A stretch of DNA of 60,111 bases, taken from positions 1-60,111 of the forward strand of contig DBFDDV010000107.1 in the NCBI GenBank assembly GCA_048302525.1, written 5' to 3'. Positions 31,295 to 41,375 of the stretch are shown in pieces. The DNA comes from Collinsella sp. (GTDB lineage Bacteria > Actinomycetota > Coriobacteriia > Coriobacteriales > Coriobacteriaceae). A program made the position numbers and the translations under genes. How positions within the stretch are numbered: the first letter of the stretch is position 1; the number at the start of each line of letters is the position of its first letter. The notes beneath the pieces are model-generated. The model ran no database searches. It was not told the origin of the DNA and was given only the letters and a program-made list of their open reading frames with translations.

Positions 31295-32080
31295 TTATTT
31301 GTCCTCGAGATAACGCGAGAGAAACTCGCGGGTGCGCTGGTGCTTGGGGTTGCCGAAGAGCTCGGCCGGCGCGGCGTCCTCGAGGACCACGCCCTTGTCC
31401 ATAAAGACCACGCGATCGGACACGGTGCGGGCAAAGGCCATCTCGTGCGTGACGACGACCATGGTCATGCCGTCGGCAGCGAGCTTGCGCATGACCTCGA
31501 GCACCTCTCCCACGATCTCGGGGTCGAGCGCGGAGGTCGGCTCGTCGAACAGCATAATCTGCGGATTCATGCACAGGGCACGAGCGATGGCCACGCGCTG
31601 TTTTTGACCACCGGACAGGCGGCCCACGGCGGCGTGCGCGAACTTTTCGAGTCCCACGCTCGTCAGATGCTCCATCGCAATTTTTTCAGCCTCGGCCTTG
31701 CTCATCTTTTTGAGCGTGACGGGCGCAAGCGTGCAGTTGTCGAGCACATCCATGTTGTTGAACAGGTTAAAGCCCTGGAACACCATACCGATGTCCTCAC
31801 GCAGTTTGTTAATGTTGCAGCGCTCGGCCGTGAGATCCTGGCCGTGGAACCAGATGTGGCCCGCGTCCGGGGTCTCGAGCAGGTTGAGGCAGCGCAGGAA
31901 GGTCGACTTGCCCGAGCCCGAGGCGCCGATAATGGTGACGACCTCGCCTGATTTAACGGACAGGTCGATGCCCTTGAGCACCTCGAGCGAGCCGAAGCTT
32001 TTGCGCAGGCCCTCGACGCGGATGAGCGGCTCATTGGTCTGTGCGGCGGCCGCAACGCCGGTAGTGGCGGTATCTGCCAT
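31295..32080 (-). CDS. Polar amino-acid ABC transporter ATP-binding protein (GlnQ-like)
   Basis: [42 protein letters not shown]. Confidence 0.93.
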   Translation of the reverse strand: MADTATTGVAAAAQTNEPLIRVEGLRKSFGSLEVLKGIDLSVKSGEVVTIIGASGSGKSTFLRCLNLLETPDAGHIWFHGQDLTAERCNINKLREDIGMVFQGFNLFNNMDVLDNCTLAPVTLKKMSKAEAEKIAMEHLTSVGLEKFAHAAVGRLSGGQKQRVAIARALCMNPQIMLFDEPTSALDPEIVGEVLEVMRKLAADGMTMVVVTHEMAFARTVSDRVVFMDKGVVLEDAAPAELFGNPKHQRTREFLSRYLEDK

Positions 32081-32102
32081 GATGATTCTCCTCGTCTTGA
32101 GC

Positions 32103-33251
32103 CTAGTTGGAGCTGGGCAACGTGGCCGGAGCCTCGGCACCAAGTTTTTTGCCAAAGGCTTCGAGCAGGCGGCTCGCCACGAGCGTCAGGATCAGGTAGA
32201 CCACGAGCGCCACGCAGTAGACCTCCATCTGGCGGTAGTACACGCCGGCGACGGTGGTGGTGGCGTACATGAGGTCGAACACGCCGATGACCGAGAGCAC
32301 CGACGAGTCCTTGATGTTGATGATGAGCTCGTTGGTGAGCGCCGGAATCGCGTTTTTAATGCCCTGGGGGAACACGACTTTGCGCATGGCTTGCCACTGC
32401 GAAAGACCCAGCGAGCGCGCTGCCTCGGCCTGGCCGGGGTCGATGGACTCGATGCCGCCGCGCAGGACCTCCATCATGTAGGCGGTGGAGTTGAGCGAGA
32501 TGGTGACGAGGCCGGCGGTGAAGGTACTCCAGATCTGGTTGGCCTGGGCGGTCTCGAAGCCCATGCCGCGCAAAACGGTGAAACCCGCGTAATAGATGAG
32601 CAGACCCTGGACCATCATGGGCGTGCCGCGCACGATGGTGGAGTAGATGGTCGCCAAGCCGCGGCCAATGCTCTTAAAGAAGCGCACCAGGTCGTTGTCC
32701 ACGCGATCGAAGGTCTGAATACGCAGGAACACAAAGAGCAACGCCAGGAAGAATGCGATGACGGTGCCGAAGGTGGCAAGCGCGATGGTGATCTCGATAC
32801 CGCGGATAAAGAAGTCCCCGCTCTTGTAGGTCATGTAGACCAGGCTCGACAAAAAGTCGCTGGGGTTGGAGTCCGAGACGATGCTCACCTGTACCAGGTC
32901 GATAAACGACATGACGCAGCGGTCCACGAAAAAGATCGCCGCGATGGCAACCACGACATAGCTGCCCAAGCGTGCGCCACGACGGAAGCGCTCGGATGCG
33001 AACGGCGACGTTTCGCGATAGTCATTCCAGTGCATGAGTTTGGTGACGAGCGCCGCCGCCGACACGACGAGCCAGGCCCAAAGGATTGCCCAAAGGCAAT
33101 CCTGGAAGATACCGGTGGGCGCCAAGAAGCTCAGCGGCGTGGGGTTGCGCTGGCTAAACGCCAGGCCAAGCGCCGCGATGACACTCGTGCCCAGGTACAC
33201 ATAACGGTGGTCGGCCTTGATAAAGGAGGCCAGACGATTGATGGTTTTCAT
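32103..33251 (-). CDS. Polar amino-acid ABC transporter permease with N-terminal membrane extension
   Basis: [39 protein letters not shown] (EAA loop), IKDSS. Confidence 0.92.
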   Translation of the reverse strand: MKTINRLASFIKADHRYVYLGTSVIAALGLAFSQRNPTPLSFLAPTGIFQDCLWAILWAWLVVSAAALVTKLMHWNDYRETSPFASERFRRGARLGSYVVVAIAAIFFVDRCVMSFIDLVQVSIVSDSNPSDFLSSLVYMTYKSGDFFIRGIEITIALATFGTVIAFFLALLFVFLRIQTFDRVDNDLVRFFKSIGRGLATIYSTIVRGTPMMVQGLLIYYAGFTVLRGMGFETAQANQIWSTFTAGLVTISLNSTAYMMEVLRGGIESIDPGQAEAARSLGLSQWQAMRKVVFPQGIKNAIPALTNELIINIKDSSVLSVIGVFDLMYATTTVAGVYYRQMEVYCVALVVYLILTLVASRLLEAFGKKLGAEAPATLPSSN

Positions 33252-33260
33252 GCTGCCTCC

Positions 33261-34187
33261 CTATGCCGGCTGGCGGTCGAGGCACGCGTCCCACATTTGG
33301 TCGCGTTCCTCTTGGCTAATGCCCTTGAGTGTCTTGTCGATGAGTTTAAGCAGTTTGTCCGAGCCCTTGCGACAGCCGACGTTTGCCGCGACCTCCTGCT
33401 TAAAGCCCTCGCCCTCGGCAAAATGAATAGGGACGATACCCGGGTTTTGGGCCATATAGCCCTTCTCGTTCTCGGTGTTGTAAGTCACGGCGTCGCACGT
33501 GCCCTGCAGCAGATTCGAGAACACCGTGGGGACGGAGTCGACCGGGTTCTTGTGCACAACGCCCGGAATCTCGTCGATGACGGTGTCGAGCATGGTGTCC
33601 TTTTGGCCGAGTACCGTGGCACCGCTAAAGTCGCTGAGTTTGGTGGCGTTTTGGTAGGGGGAACCCTCTTTTACGAACAGGCCAAAGTAGCCAATAAAGT
33701 ACGGGTCGGAGAAGCCGACCGACTCCTCGCGCTCGGGCGTGGCGCTCATGCCGGCGATGATGAGGTCGATCTGGCCGTTGTTGAGCGAATCGATAAGGCC
33801 CGAGAAGCTCTGCTTGACGGCAACGGGCTCGCCACCGAGGGCCTTGCAGACGATCTTGGCGATCTGCACGTCGTAGCCATCGGCATAGGCGCCCTGCACG
33901 TTATCGATGGGGATAGTGTACTCACTGGCTTCGGAAACCTGCCAGTTGTACGGGGCGTAGGCCGCCTCCATGCCAATGCGGATCTTGTCCTTGCCGATCA
34001 CGGAATCGGACAGGTCGTCGCGACCGCCGCCCGTCGTGGGCTGAACCACCTTGAGCGTGGACGGACGCTGACAGCCGGCGAGCGCGCCGGCGACGACGGA
34101 AGCGCTCGCAGCGAGAGCGCTACCCAAGAAGATGCGACGGCTGCACACCGGCTGTGAATGCGCGTCGCGCTGATGGGGAGAATGCAT
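33261..34187 (-). CDS. Amino-acid ABC substrate-binding lipoprotein (family 3) with twin-arginine-like signal
   Basis: SRRIFLG, LAGC lipobox, IGMEAAYAPYNW, GYDVQIA, IIAGMSATPERE. Confidence 0.9.
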   Translation of the reverse strand: MHSPHQRDAHSQPVCSRRIFLGSALAASASVVAGALAGCQRPSTLKVVQPTTGGGRDDLSDSVIGKDKIRIGMEAAYAPYNWQVSEASEYTIPIDNVQGAYADGYDVQIAKIVCKALGGEPVAVKQSFSGLIDSLNNGQIDLIIAGMSATPEREESVGFSDPYFIGYFGLFVKEGSPYQNATKLSDFSGATVLGQKDTMLDTVIDEIPGVVHKNPVDSVPTVFSNLLQGTCDAVTYNTENEKGYMAQNPGIVPIHFAEGEGFKQEVAANVGCRKGSDKLLKLIDKTLKGISQEERDQMWDACLDRQPA

Positions 34188-34284
34188 AATCTGCCTTCCC
34201 TGTTGAATCGTATGCTGACGACTTAACAGGATATACGCCAGCGACCAGCAGTGCAGCACAAGCTCGAAAAATTAATAGACACAT

Positions 34285-34302
34285 GGTAGTCATTGGGGAC
34301 GT
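34285..34302. repeat. Half copy of GGGGACG-loop palindrome
   Basis: GGTAGTCATTGGGGACGT, 18/18 to reverse complement of 15583-15600. Confidence 0.6.
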
Positions 34303-34329
34303 CGATGTTTTGGCAATGCCGGCGAGCGA

Positions 34330-34420
34330 CGTCCAGAGCGAACAAGTGGCATGAAAAAGACAAGGCATGACCAGAAGGTCTATGCCTTGCCTTTTGAATG
34401 ACAAATTATCGCTCTGGACG
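34330..34420. repeat. Hairpin-family B long palindrome
   Basis: CGTCCAGAGCGA/TCGCTCTGGACG outer stem; apex CAAGGCAT-GACC-AGAA-GGTC-T-ATGCCTTG. Confidence 0.75.
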
Positions 34421-34450
34421 GCACGCAGCATCGACCGAGCGGCGGAACCT

Positions 34451-35344
34451 CTAGAGCAAGGTGACGCTAAAGCTGCGTTTATCGGTAGCGCCGGGGGCCA
34501 AGGTGATGGTGTTGACCTTGTGCTCAAAGACGTCGTCCTCGGTGGACATGGTGGTGTGACCGGTCCAGGGCTCGAGCGCCACAAACGGGGCGTCGTTGGC
34601 GGCAGACCACACGCCGATGTACTTAAAGCCCTCAAAGTCGATCTTGACGCCGTGGCCCGACTTGCGGCCGCGCAGCGTGAGCGTGGAGCCCGGGGTATCG
34701 GTGAACATGATGGCGTCGTTATCGAAGCTGCGGTGCGTGATGGGCAGCACGTCCGAGTTATCGGGAGCCTTGTAGCTACCCTCGAACGTCATGAGGCCAT
34801 CGGGCGTGATGATGGGGGCCTCGTTGGTCCAAGCCTCGGTAAATGCCAGCTCGTAATCCTCGAACGCCTCGTCCTCGGCACCGGGAGCAGGTACGTTAAA
34901 TGCGGGGTGGCCGCCCACCGAGAACGGCAGGTCCACGTCGCCGGTATTGGTGACGGCAAAGGTCTGGGTAAGTGTGGCGTCACCAGTCAGGGCATAGGTC
35001 ATGTTGAGCTTAAAGTGGAACGGAAAGGCCTTGAGCGACTCGAGCGTGTCGGTGATCTCGTACGTTACCGAGGAGCCGTCCTCCGAAACCTCGACCAGCT
35101 TGTGCTCGACGATGCGCGCGAGGCCGTGGCGCGGCATCTCGCAGGTGCCAGCCGCAGACGTCGCCGTGTTGTTGCGCAGCGAGCCCACAATGGGGAACAG
35201 GATGGGCGCATGCTTGCCCCAAAAGGCGGGGTCGCCCTGCCACAGATACTCGTTGCCGTTGAGGGCAAGGCTCGTGAGCTGGGCGCCCATGGAATCGATG
35301 GCCGCGGTGAGGCTGCCGCGCTTGATGGTAGTGACGGTAGACAT
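34451..35344 (-). CDS. Aldose 1-epimerase family protein (LacX-like)
   Basis: EYLWQGDPAFW, PILFPIVG, PRHGLAR, GGHPAF, FVALEPW. Confidence 0.88.
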   Translation of the reverse strand: MSTVTTIKRGSLTAAIDSMGAQLTSLALNGNEYLWQGDPAFWGKHAPILFPIVGSLRNNTATSAAGTCEMPRHGLARIVEHKLVEVSEDGSSVTYEITDTLESLKAFPFHFKLNMTYALTGDATLTQTFAVTNTGDVDLPFSVGGHPAFNVPAPGAEDEAFEDYELAFTEAWTNEAPIITPDGLMTFEGSYKAPDNSDVLPITHRSFDNDAIMFTDTPGSTLTLRGRKSGHGVKIDFEGFKYIGVWSAANDAPFVALEPWTGHTTMSTEDDVFEHKVNTITLAPGATDKRSFSVTLL

Positions 35345-35421
35345 GCTACTTCCTCCAAAAGTAAACAATAGTGTCGAGGGCTATTGTCCCACTCTTGGCG
35401 GCGGGAAGGGGCGGCACGCAA

Positions 35422-36291
35422 TTATTGAGCATCCACGTAAAGGTCGAACCCGCCCTGCGGTGTGGTGTCGACCGTATCGGGCGCCTGTGAGTTAAAGCTC
35501 ACGGGGACCATGCGCTTTGAGGCACGGAAGCGCGTGCCGTCGGTGGCGACGGGCGGTTCATCGACGGTGAGCTCGTAGTCGCCGGGCTTAAGCTCGATGC
35601 CGTCACCAGCGGAATTGACATATTGATACTCGTCAATCGTCTGCCCTTTGAGCGTGCGCCCCACGATGTGGATGAGCATTTGGCTGTCGCCGCGCGCGGT
35701 GTCCCACGTCGCGCCGTCCTTGACCTCGACCGACACATGTACCGAGCGCGTGCGGCCGAGCGATTGCTCGACAGACATCTCGACCTTGGCGGCATCTTTG
35801 CGCTGTTGTTCCACATGGCTCCAGACGTTTCCAATTACCGAGCATGCGATAACGCCGGCCATAAAGGCGATGAGGATGGGACCGAGTGGTGAGCGGCGGC
35901 CCGCGTCTTCCTCGCGAGCTAGGTTGGGGCGATGCGTGGGCGCGGGTGCCTGGGCACCTTGCGCGGGCACGTCGAGGATGCTGAAGGATGCCGTGCTGCC
36001 AGGGTCGATGTTGTGGCGCGGCTGTGGGGTCTTGGCCGGCGAGATGGACATGTCGGCCGGCTCACCCAGCGTGGCCGTGGCATCGGCCTTAGCCTCGTCG
36101 GCCTCGGCCTGGGCCCAGGCCTGTTCAAAGGTTAGGGGCTCGGCGGGGTCGAGGGCGGCGTCCGAGTCGGCGGCGACGTCGTTGCCGGTCTCGTCCTCGT
36201 CGCTCGACACGTCACGCGACGCGGGCTCGTCCCACTCCTCGTCCGGAGCCTCGCCCTCGCTATACCACCATTCAAAGTTATCGATATCCAT
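35422..36291 (-). CDS. Hypothetical single-pass membrane protein
   Basis: Acidic disordered N-terminus, one TM (PILIAFMAGVIACSVIG), beta-rich C-terminus; AAGGGG SD. Confidence 0.65.
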   Translation of the reverse strand: MDIDNFEWWYSEGEAPDEEWDEPASRDVSSDEDETGNDVAADSDAALDPAEPLTFEQAWAQAEADEAKADATATLGEPADMSISPAKTPQPRHNIDPGSTASFSILDVPAQGAQAPAPTHRPNLAREEDAGRRSPLGPILIAFMAGVIACSVIGNVWSHVEQQRKDAAKVEMSVEQSLGRTRSVHVSVEVKDGATWDTARGDSQMLIHIVGRTLKGQTIDEYQYVNSAGDGIELKPGDYELTVDEPPVATDGTRFRASKRMVPVSFNSQAPDTVDTTPQGGFDLYVDAQ

Positions 36292-36367
36292 ACGGGGCGC
36301 CCCTTAGGCCTCGCAAATAAACACTTGTTAGCCTTATACCCGCAGATGGCGCTGGAGCTCGCACGGA

Positions 36368-36398
36368 ATGCGATAAAGGGACTGCTCCTTTGTCGCAT
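36368..36398. repeat. Family-A REP-like palindrome
   Basis: ATGCGATAAAGGG-ACTGC-TCCTTTGTCGCAT (two G-T pairs). Confidence 0.8.
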
Positions 36399-36467
36399 CG
36401 AAGTTGCGGTGGAATAGTTCCTGTTTGCACGCCCACTCGAGCTATTTAGGGACTATTTCACCGCAAG

Positions 36468-37334
36468 TTATTTGAGGGCGACGGGGATTTGGATACAGCA
36501 GAAGTCCTCTTGGTGAGACTCGTCGTAGCTCGTGGTGTCCAGGTAGCAAAAATCGAAAGCATTGCCGATGGGCTGGAGCGCGTGCCTGTCCATGCAGGCC
36601 ACGATGGCGCGGATACCCTCGGGCTCGTACGGCATGCCCCAGCGACTCATGCACAGGTACGTGCCCTCGGGCAGCACCTCGACGCCAATCTCCGCCAGCT
36701 CGGCAGGATCGCTCGGCAGTATTTCCTCGGCACCACGCGGCAACACGGCAAAGGAACCGGCACCGGCGATGGGGTCGTCGGAATGCAGCGCCTCGCAACG
36801 CAGCATGGCGCCCCAACCGCGCATGGGGCGTGTGCCCGTGAGCGCACGCATGCGCAGAATCGCCCGCATGAGCGTGGGGTGCAGCATCGAGCGGCCACGC
36901 TCGATATCGCTCGGGAACTCCTCAAAGACCACGTAGCGGCGCTCGAATTGCTTGAGCTCCGGTTTGCCCTCGCGCTCGCGCCAATAGACCGCCTCGTCGT
37001 AAAAACTCAGCCGCTCCTGCACGCTCGCGCGCTCGGCTTTGAGCCCGGCAATCTGCTCGTCGAGCGCCTGCACCCGCGAGCGCAGGTGATCGGTCATCTC
37101 TCCAATGTCGAACGTCGAGGTCAGGCGATCGATCTCATCGAGTTCCAGTCCCAAGTCGCGCAGCATGCAGATCAGACGCATGAGCGGGATCTGCATGGGC
37201 GAATAGAAACGGTAGCCTTTTTCGTTAACCACGGCGGGTTTAAACAGACCGATCTTGTCGTAGTAGATGAGCGTTTGGCGCGAAACGTTAAACAAGCTCG
37301 CCATCTCGCTAATCGCATACATACCCGTCTGCAT
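36468..37334 (-). CDS. MerR-family regulator with C-terminal GyrI-like effector domain (BmrR/BltR type)
   Basis: YAISEMASLFNVSRQTLIYYDKIGLFKP...GYRFYS; LPEGTYLC in C-domain; ATG 37334 with GGAGG SD. Confidence 0.9.
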   Translation of the reverse strand: MQTGMYAISEMASLFNVSRQTLIYYDKIGLFKPAVVNEKGYRFYSPMQIPLMRLICMLRDLGLELDEIDRLTSTFDIGEMTDHLRSRVQALDEQIAGLKAERASVQERLSFYDEAVYWREREGKPELKQFERRYVVFEEFPSDIERGRSMLHPTLMRAILRMRALTGTRPMRGWGAMLRCEALHSDDPIAGAGSFAVLPRGAEEILPSDPAELAEIGVEVLPEGTYLCMSRWGMPYEPEGIRAIVACMDRHALQPIGNAFDFCYLDTTSYDESHQEDFCCIQIPVALK

Positions 37335-37362
37335 AGGTCCTCCCGACACACCCTTTGACACG

Positions 37363-37393
37363 AAAAGCCCGCCGCCCACAGGGGCAGCGGGCT
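37363..37393 (-). terminator. Intrinsic terminator after ubiX
   Basis: AGCCCGCTGCCC...GGGCGGCGGGCT followed by TTT on the minus strand. Confidence 0.65.
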
Positions 37394-37425
37394 CAAACAC
37401 TACTCGTATCCTACCCTAAAGATGC

Positions 37426-38004
37426 CTATGACCAGCGCTTATAGTTGGCGCACGACACGCCGACGGCCTCGAGTGCCTTGGCGGCGATGTGATGCACCGC
37501 CTCATCGAGCGTGGCGGGGCCGTTGTAAAACGTGAGCATGGGCGGCATGAGCATGACACCCGGCACGCGCGCCAGGCGTGCCATGTTGTCGACATGGATC
37601 GCACTGAAGGGCGTCTCGCGCACCATAAGCACCAGGCGGCGCTGCTCTTTCATCTGCACATCGGCCGCACGCAGCAACAGGTTTTCGCTGTAGCCGCTCG
37701 CGATGCCGGCGAGCGTCTTCATGGAGCAGGGAGCCACGATCATGCCGTCGACCGGATAGGTGCCGCTTGCGATGGCAGCGCCAATGTTCTTGTTGTCGTA
37801 GACCACATCGGCATAGCACGCAAACTCGTCGAGCGTCATGCCGAGCTCCTGCTCGATGGTGATCTCTCCCCCGCGCGTGACGACAAGCGCCGACTCAGCG
37901 CCGGCCTGGCGCAGGCATTTGAGGCATTCAAGGCCCAGTGCCGCACCGCTGGCGCCAGACACGCCAACGACAATGCGACGGGGACGAACAGAAGACTCAG
38001 GCAT
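37426..38004 (-). CDS. ubiX: Flavin prenyltransferase (UbiX/LpdB family)
   Basis: VVGVSGASG, IASG, APCSMKTLAGIASG, RAADVQMKEQR, RETP. Confidence 0.95.
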   Translation of the reverse strand: MPESSVRPRRIVVGVSGASGAALGLECLKCLRQAGAESALVVTRGGEITIEQELGMTLDEFACYADVVYDNKNIGAAIASGTYPVDGMIVAPCSMKTLAGIASGYSENLLLRAADVQMKEQRRLVLMVRETPFSAIHVDNMARLARVPGVMLMPPMLTFYNGPATLDEAVHHIAAKALEAVGVSCANYKRWS

Positions 38005-38037
38005 GACAACTCCTTAACTACTTGGTAGGGCTACTTA

Positions 38038-39525
38038 CTAGAAGGCGAGCTCGGCGGCCCACTTGTCCTTGTCGATCTCCATGAACTGCGAGCGGATGAA
38101 GTTCTTCTTGAGGTTAAACGGAACCGTGCAGTCGAAGATGGCCTTGCAGGCGATACCGTGCTCGCGGATCGAAGGATCGAACGCGGGGTCGTTGGACGGA
38201 TCGAGCACGTGGCAGTGGCAACCGGGGATGGTGATGAGGTCCACGTCGGCCTGGAAGCGCGTGGTCATGGCCCACATCACGTCGCTCATATCGAAGATGT
38301 CGACATCCTCGTCGACAAGGATGACGTGCTTGAGCTCGGAGAACGCCGAGAAGGCGAGCATGGCGGCGTTGCGCTGACGGCCCTCGTCATTTTTGCTCGA
38401 CTTCTTGAACTGCATGATGGCAACGAACTTGCCGCCACCGCAGGGAGCGGCGTGAACGTTGAGCAGGCGGCCCGGGATAGCGGTCTCGACCATCTTGTAG
38501 ATGGAGGCCTCGGTGGGGATACCGGCCATGGACACGTGCTCGTGCGAAGGGCCGATGCAGCTCTCCATAATGGGGTTGACGCGCGTGGTGACGGCGGTGA
38601 TCTTGATCACCGGGCAGACCTTGGCGCCACCGGTGTAGCCGGGGAACTCGGGCATGGCGTAGCCGTGGCCGTTGACATCCTCGTTGATGGTCTCGTCGTG
38701 CATGAGGTAGCCCTCGAGCACGTACTCGGCATTGGCAATGCACTTCTGCGGAACGGTGACGCAGTCGGCAAGCTCGACGGCGCGGCCGCGCAGGGCGCCG
38801 GCGATCTGCAGCTCGTTGAAGCCGAGCGGCGTGGTGGGAGCCTCGAAGCCGCAGCACATGTACACGGCGGGGTCCAGGCCGATGGAGATGGAGATGGGCA
38901 TATCCTCGCCGCGCTGGCAGTACTCGTCAAAGAACGCACCCAGGTGACGGCTGCCCGGGGTGATCCACATGGCGAGCTTGTCCTTGTCGACGCAGGAGAA
39001 GCGGTGGATGGTTACGTCGGACTGGGTGCCATCGGGGCTCGTGCCATAGGCGAGGCCCATGGTGATGTAGGGGCCGCCGTCAACGGGCGTGTTGGTGGGA
39101 GCGGGAACGATCTTGCGCAGGTCAAAGCCCTCGTCGGTCGCCTTGTACACGACCTCCTGGCAGTCGACGTGCTTGCCCTCGGCGATCTGCTCGGGGGCGA
39201 TCAGGTTCTCGAAGCGCTTGCCGATCTCGAGGCCCAGGTGCTCCTCGTCCAGGTCGAGCAGGGCGGCAACGCGCTTGCGGCTGGCAAGCATACCGATGCA
39301 GACCTTGGCGTCGTCAAAGCCCTTGACGTTGTTGAAGACCATCGCCGGACCCTCTTTGGTCGGGCGCATGACGGTGCCGCCAGCACCGACGTGACGGTAG
39401 ACGCCCGAGACCTCGGCATCGGGATCGACCTGGGTGTCGGTCTCGAGCAGCTGGCCCGGCATCTCACGCAAAAAGTCGAGCGCGGAACGCAGGTCGTGGA
39501 TCTGGGAAGCATCGGTAGTGGACAT
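38038..39525 (-). CDS. prFMN-dependent UbiD-family decarboxylase, gallate/protocatechuate (LpdC/AroY) clade
   Basis: VDPDAEVSGVYRHVGAGGTVMRPTKEGPAMVFNNVKG, DVTIHR, AMPEFPGY, DEGRQR, LDPS; closely resembles LpdC/AroY as recalled. Confidence 0.88.
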   Translation of the reverse strand: MSTTDASQIHDLRSALDFLREMPGQLLETDTQVDPDAEVSGVYRHVGAGGTVMRPTKEGPAMVFNNVKGFDDAKVCIGMLASRKRVAALLDLDEEHLGLEIGKRFENLIAPEQIAEGKHVDCQEVVYKATDEGFDLRKIVPAPTNTPVDGGPYITMGLAYGTSPDGTQSDVTIHRFSCVDKDKLAMWITPGSRHLGAFFDEYCQRGEDMPISISIGLDPAVYMCCGFEAPTTPLGFNELQIAGALRGRAVELADCVTVPQKCIANAEYVLEGYLMHDETINEDVNGHGYAMPEFPGYTGGAKVCPVIKITAVTTRVNPIMESCIGPSHEHVSMAGIPTEASIYKMVETAIPGRLLNVHAAPCGGGKFVAIMQFKKSSKNDEGRQRNAAMLAFSAFSELKHVILVDEDVDIFDMSDVMWAMTTRFQADVDLITIPGCHCHVLDPSNDPAFDPSIREHGIACKAIFDCTVPFNLKKNFIRSQFMEIDKDKWAAELAF

Positions 39526-39667
39526 GGCGTACTCCTTTCGGGAGAGTGTCCGGCGACGGGGTGCCGCCGGACGGGGTAACGTAATGGGGCCGCGGCGCTC
39601 ACAAATGGAGCGCTCGACCACTCGAAGTTCAAGCGCTTGGCTGCTTACAGCCGGGGCGCTCGACCGC

Positions 39668-41125
39668 TTACATCAGGCCAAAGAGGTGGAACCAGGCGGC
39701 CTCGACCAGCACGACGACAAAGACGACCGCGGTGAGGGGGATGCCCATGCGCATAGCCTCTTTGGGGGTGTAGCCGCCGGCGTCCTTGCCTTCGCCGATA
39801 AGGATCGGCAGGTTATGGAACGGCAGGATGTAGTGGATGTTGATGGACGTGAAGACGATGAGCGCCACGGCGAGTGGGCTCACGCTGGAGCCGGCGGCAA
39901 AGCTGATAAATGCCGGCACGCACACGCCGAGCACGGCCATGACCGAGCCCATGAACATGTGGATGATCATGGAAAGCGCGGCGACGAGCAGGGCGAACAG
40001 GAAGATGTTCTCAGGCACGGAGCTGGGGAGCACGACGTCGGCGATCCAGGCGTTCATGCCGGTGGCACCGCCCACGGAGCCCACGGCCATGGCGGCCGTC
40101 AGGAACATGAGGGACTTGATGTCGACAGCGTTCCAGCTGGCGGGAGTGAGGACTTCGCCGATGATGGGCATGGCGAGAGCAACGCCAATGGCCAGGGTGA
40201 CCCAGCCGATATAGTCGCCCGAGACGGTGAGCCACAGCGCGATGGCGATGACAAGCCACACGATGGTGCGGATCTCCTTGACGGAGAGCTTGCCGAGCGC
40301 GGCCTGCTTGGCCACGATCTGCTCGCGATCGTAGACGAGCTCCTTGCTGGGCTTAAAGAGGAAAAGGCCCAGGAACAGGGTGCACAGCAGCGCAACCAGC
40401 ATAGGCACGCTCATGTACAGGAACCAGTCGACGAAGGACGGGCTCATGCCGCCGGCCTCGGCACTGTACTGCGCAACGAGCGGGTTAAGCGTGGAGTCGC
40501 CCGTCAGGAAGAACATGGAACCCGGGGCGGCAGCGGCAAACACGAGGAAGCCGAGCTTGCCCTTGTCGTCGTCACCGTAGCCGGCGGACTCGGCGATGAC
40601 CGAGACGACGGCGAGGATGAGGAAGGCGCGGGGGAACGGATGCGGGATCAGCAGCGACAGCACAAAGGTGAGCGCGAAGATCGAGATGATGAGCGACTTG
40701 GCGTCGCGCACGAACTTGAGCATGAACGCGTAGGCGATGCGCTCGCCCAGGCCCGACTCCTTGACCGCGCTGGCGATGAGGTAGGCGCCGATGACGAGCC
40801 ACATGGTGGCCTTGGTCCACGAGCTAAACGTGGAGGCGACCGTCGCCGAGATGCTCGCGGCGCCCGTGTCGTCCACGCACACCTTGAACAGGACGAGCAG
40901 TGCGCAGTAGAGCAGGCCCACAAAGCCCGGCTGTGCCACGCCGCATGCCCAGAACACCACCGTGGCGAGCGTCAGTGCCAGACAGGTCTGACCGCCGACC
41001 GTGAGCTCGACCGTCGAGCTCAGCTCCGCCAAAGGAAGAAACTTCACCAGCAAAAAGACAACGATACCCAGCACAAAGCCAATTTCGCGCTTGGTGATCT
41101 TAAACGCCTTCTTTTCCGCTTCCAT
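39668..41125 (-). CDS. SLC13/DASS family anion transporter
   Basis: Many TM segments; WLVIGAYLIASAVKESGLGERIA, LIPHPFPRA, LTGDSTLNP. Confidence 0.85.
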   Translation of the reverse strand: MEAEKKAFKITKREIGFVLGIVVFLLVKFLPLAELSSTVELTVGGQTCLALTLATVVFWACGVAQPGFVGLLYCALLVLFKVCVDDTGAASISATVASTFSSWTKATMWLVIGAYLIASAVKESGLGERIAYAFMLKFVRDAKSLIISIFALTFVLSLLIPHPFPRAFLILAVVSVIAESAGYGDDDKGKLGFLVFAAAAPGSMFFLTGDSTLNPLVAQYSAEAGGMSPSFVDWFLYMSVPMLVALLCTLFLGLFLFKPSKELVYDREQIVAKQAALGKLSVKEIRTIVWLVIAIALWLTVSGDYIGWVTLAIGVALAMPIIGEVLTPASWNAVDIKSLMFLTAAMAVGSVGGATGMNAWIADVVLPSSVPENIFLFALLVAALSMIIHMFMGSVMAVLGVCVPAFISFAAGSSVSPLAVALIVFTSINIHYILPFHNLPILIGEGKDAGGYTPKEAMRMGIPLTAVVFVVVLVEAAWFHLFGLM

Positions 41126-41209
41126 CTCCCCACCTTTCTTGTTGGGGGCGCTCCGGATTCGCAGCCACGTTGCCGCTTAAAAAGGGGCGCCCGTTATCGG
41201 ACACCCCTT

Positions 41210-41240
41210 ACGTTGCGCTGTGTTGCGGCAATACAGTCAA
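41210..41240 (-). promoter_or_regulatory. MerR-type promoter/operator for DASS-ubiD-ubiX
   Basis: TTGACT-19 nt-CAACGT with dyad CTGTATTG-CCG-CAACACAG. Confidence 0.7.
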
Positions 41241-41277
41241 GCGGATTTTTTTGGATGAGAAGCGCCCCTCTGGACAA

Positions 41278-41342
41278 AAACCGTCACAACATTCGACACT
41301 TTTCCTCATTTTCGAGATTTTCGCCGAATGTTGTGACGGTTT
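41278..41342. repeat. Perfect 18-bp inverted repeat with 29-nt spacer
   Basis: AAACCGTCACAACATTCG ... CGAATGTTGTGACGGTTT. Confidence 0.8.
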
Positions 41343-41344
41343 GG

Positions 41345-41375
41345 ATGTGACAAAGGGACTGTCCCTTTGTCACAT
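41345..41375. repeat. Family-A REP-like palindrome (perfect)
   Basis: ATGTGACAAAGGGAC-T-GTCCCTTTGTCACAT; contains the TGA stop of the LpdD-Nudix gene. Confidence 0.9.

Noticed and set aside
34190..34450. T-box or riboswitch upstream of the amino-acid ABC operon
   Set aside because: No T-box (GGTGGNACCGCG) or recognisable aptamer consensus; the structure is explained by dispersed repeats
35371..35399. Possible extra NGGGAC-loop palindrome (GAG-TGGGACAATAGCC-CTC on minus)
   Set aside because: Only a 3-bp stem; cannot be told from chance
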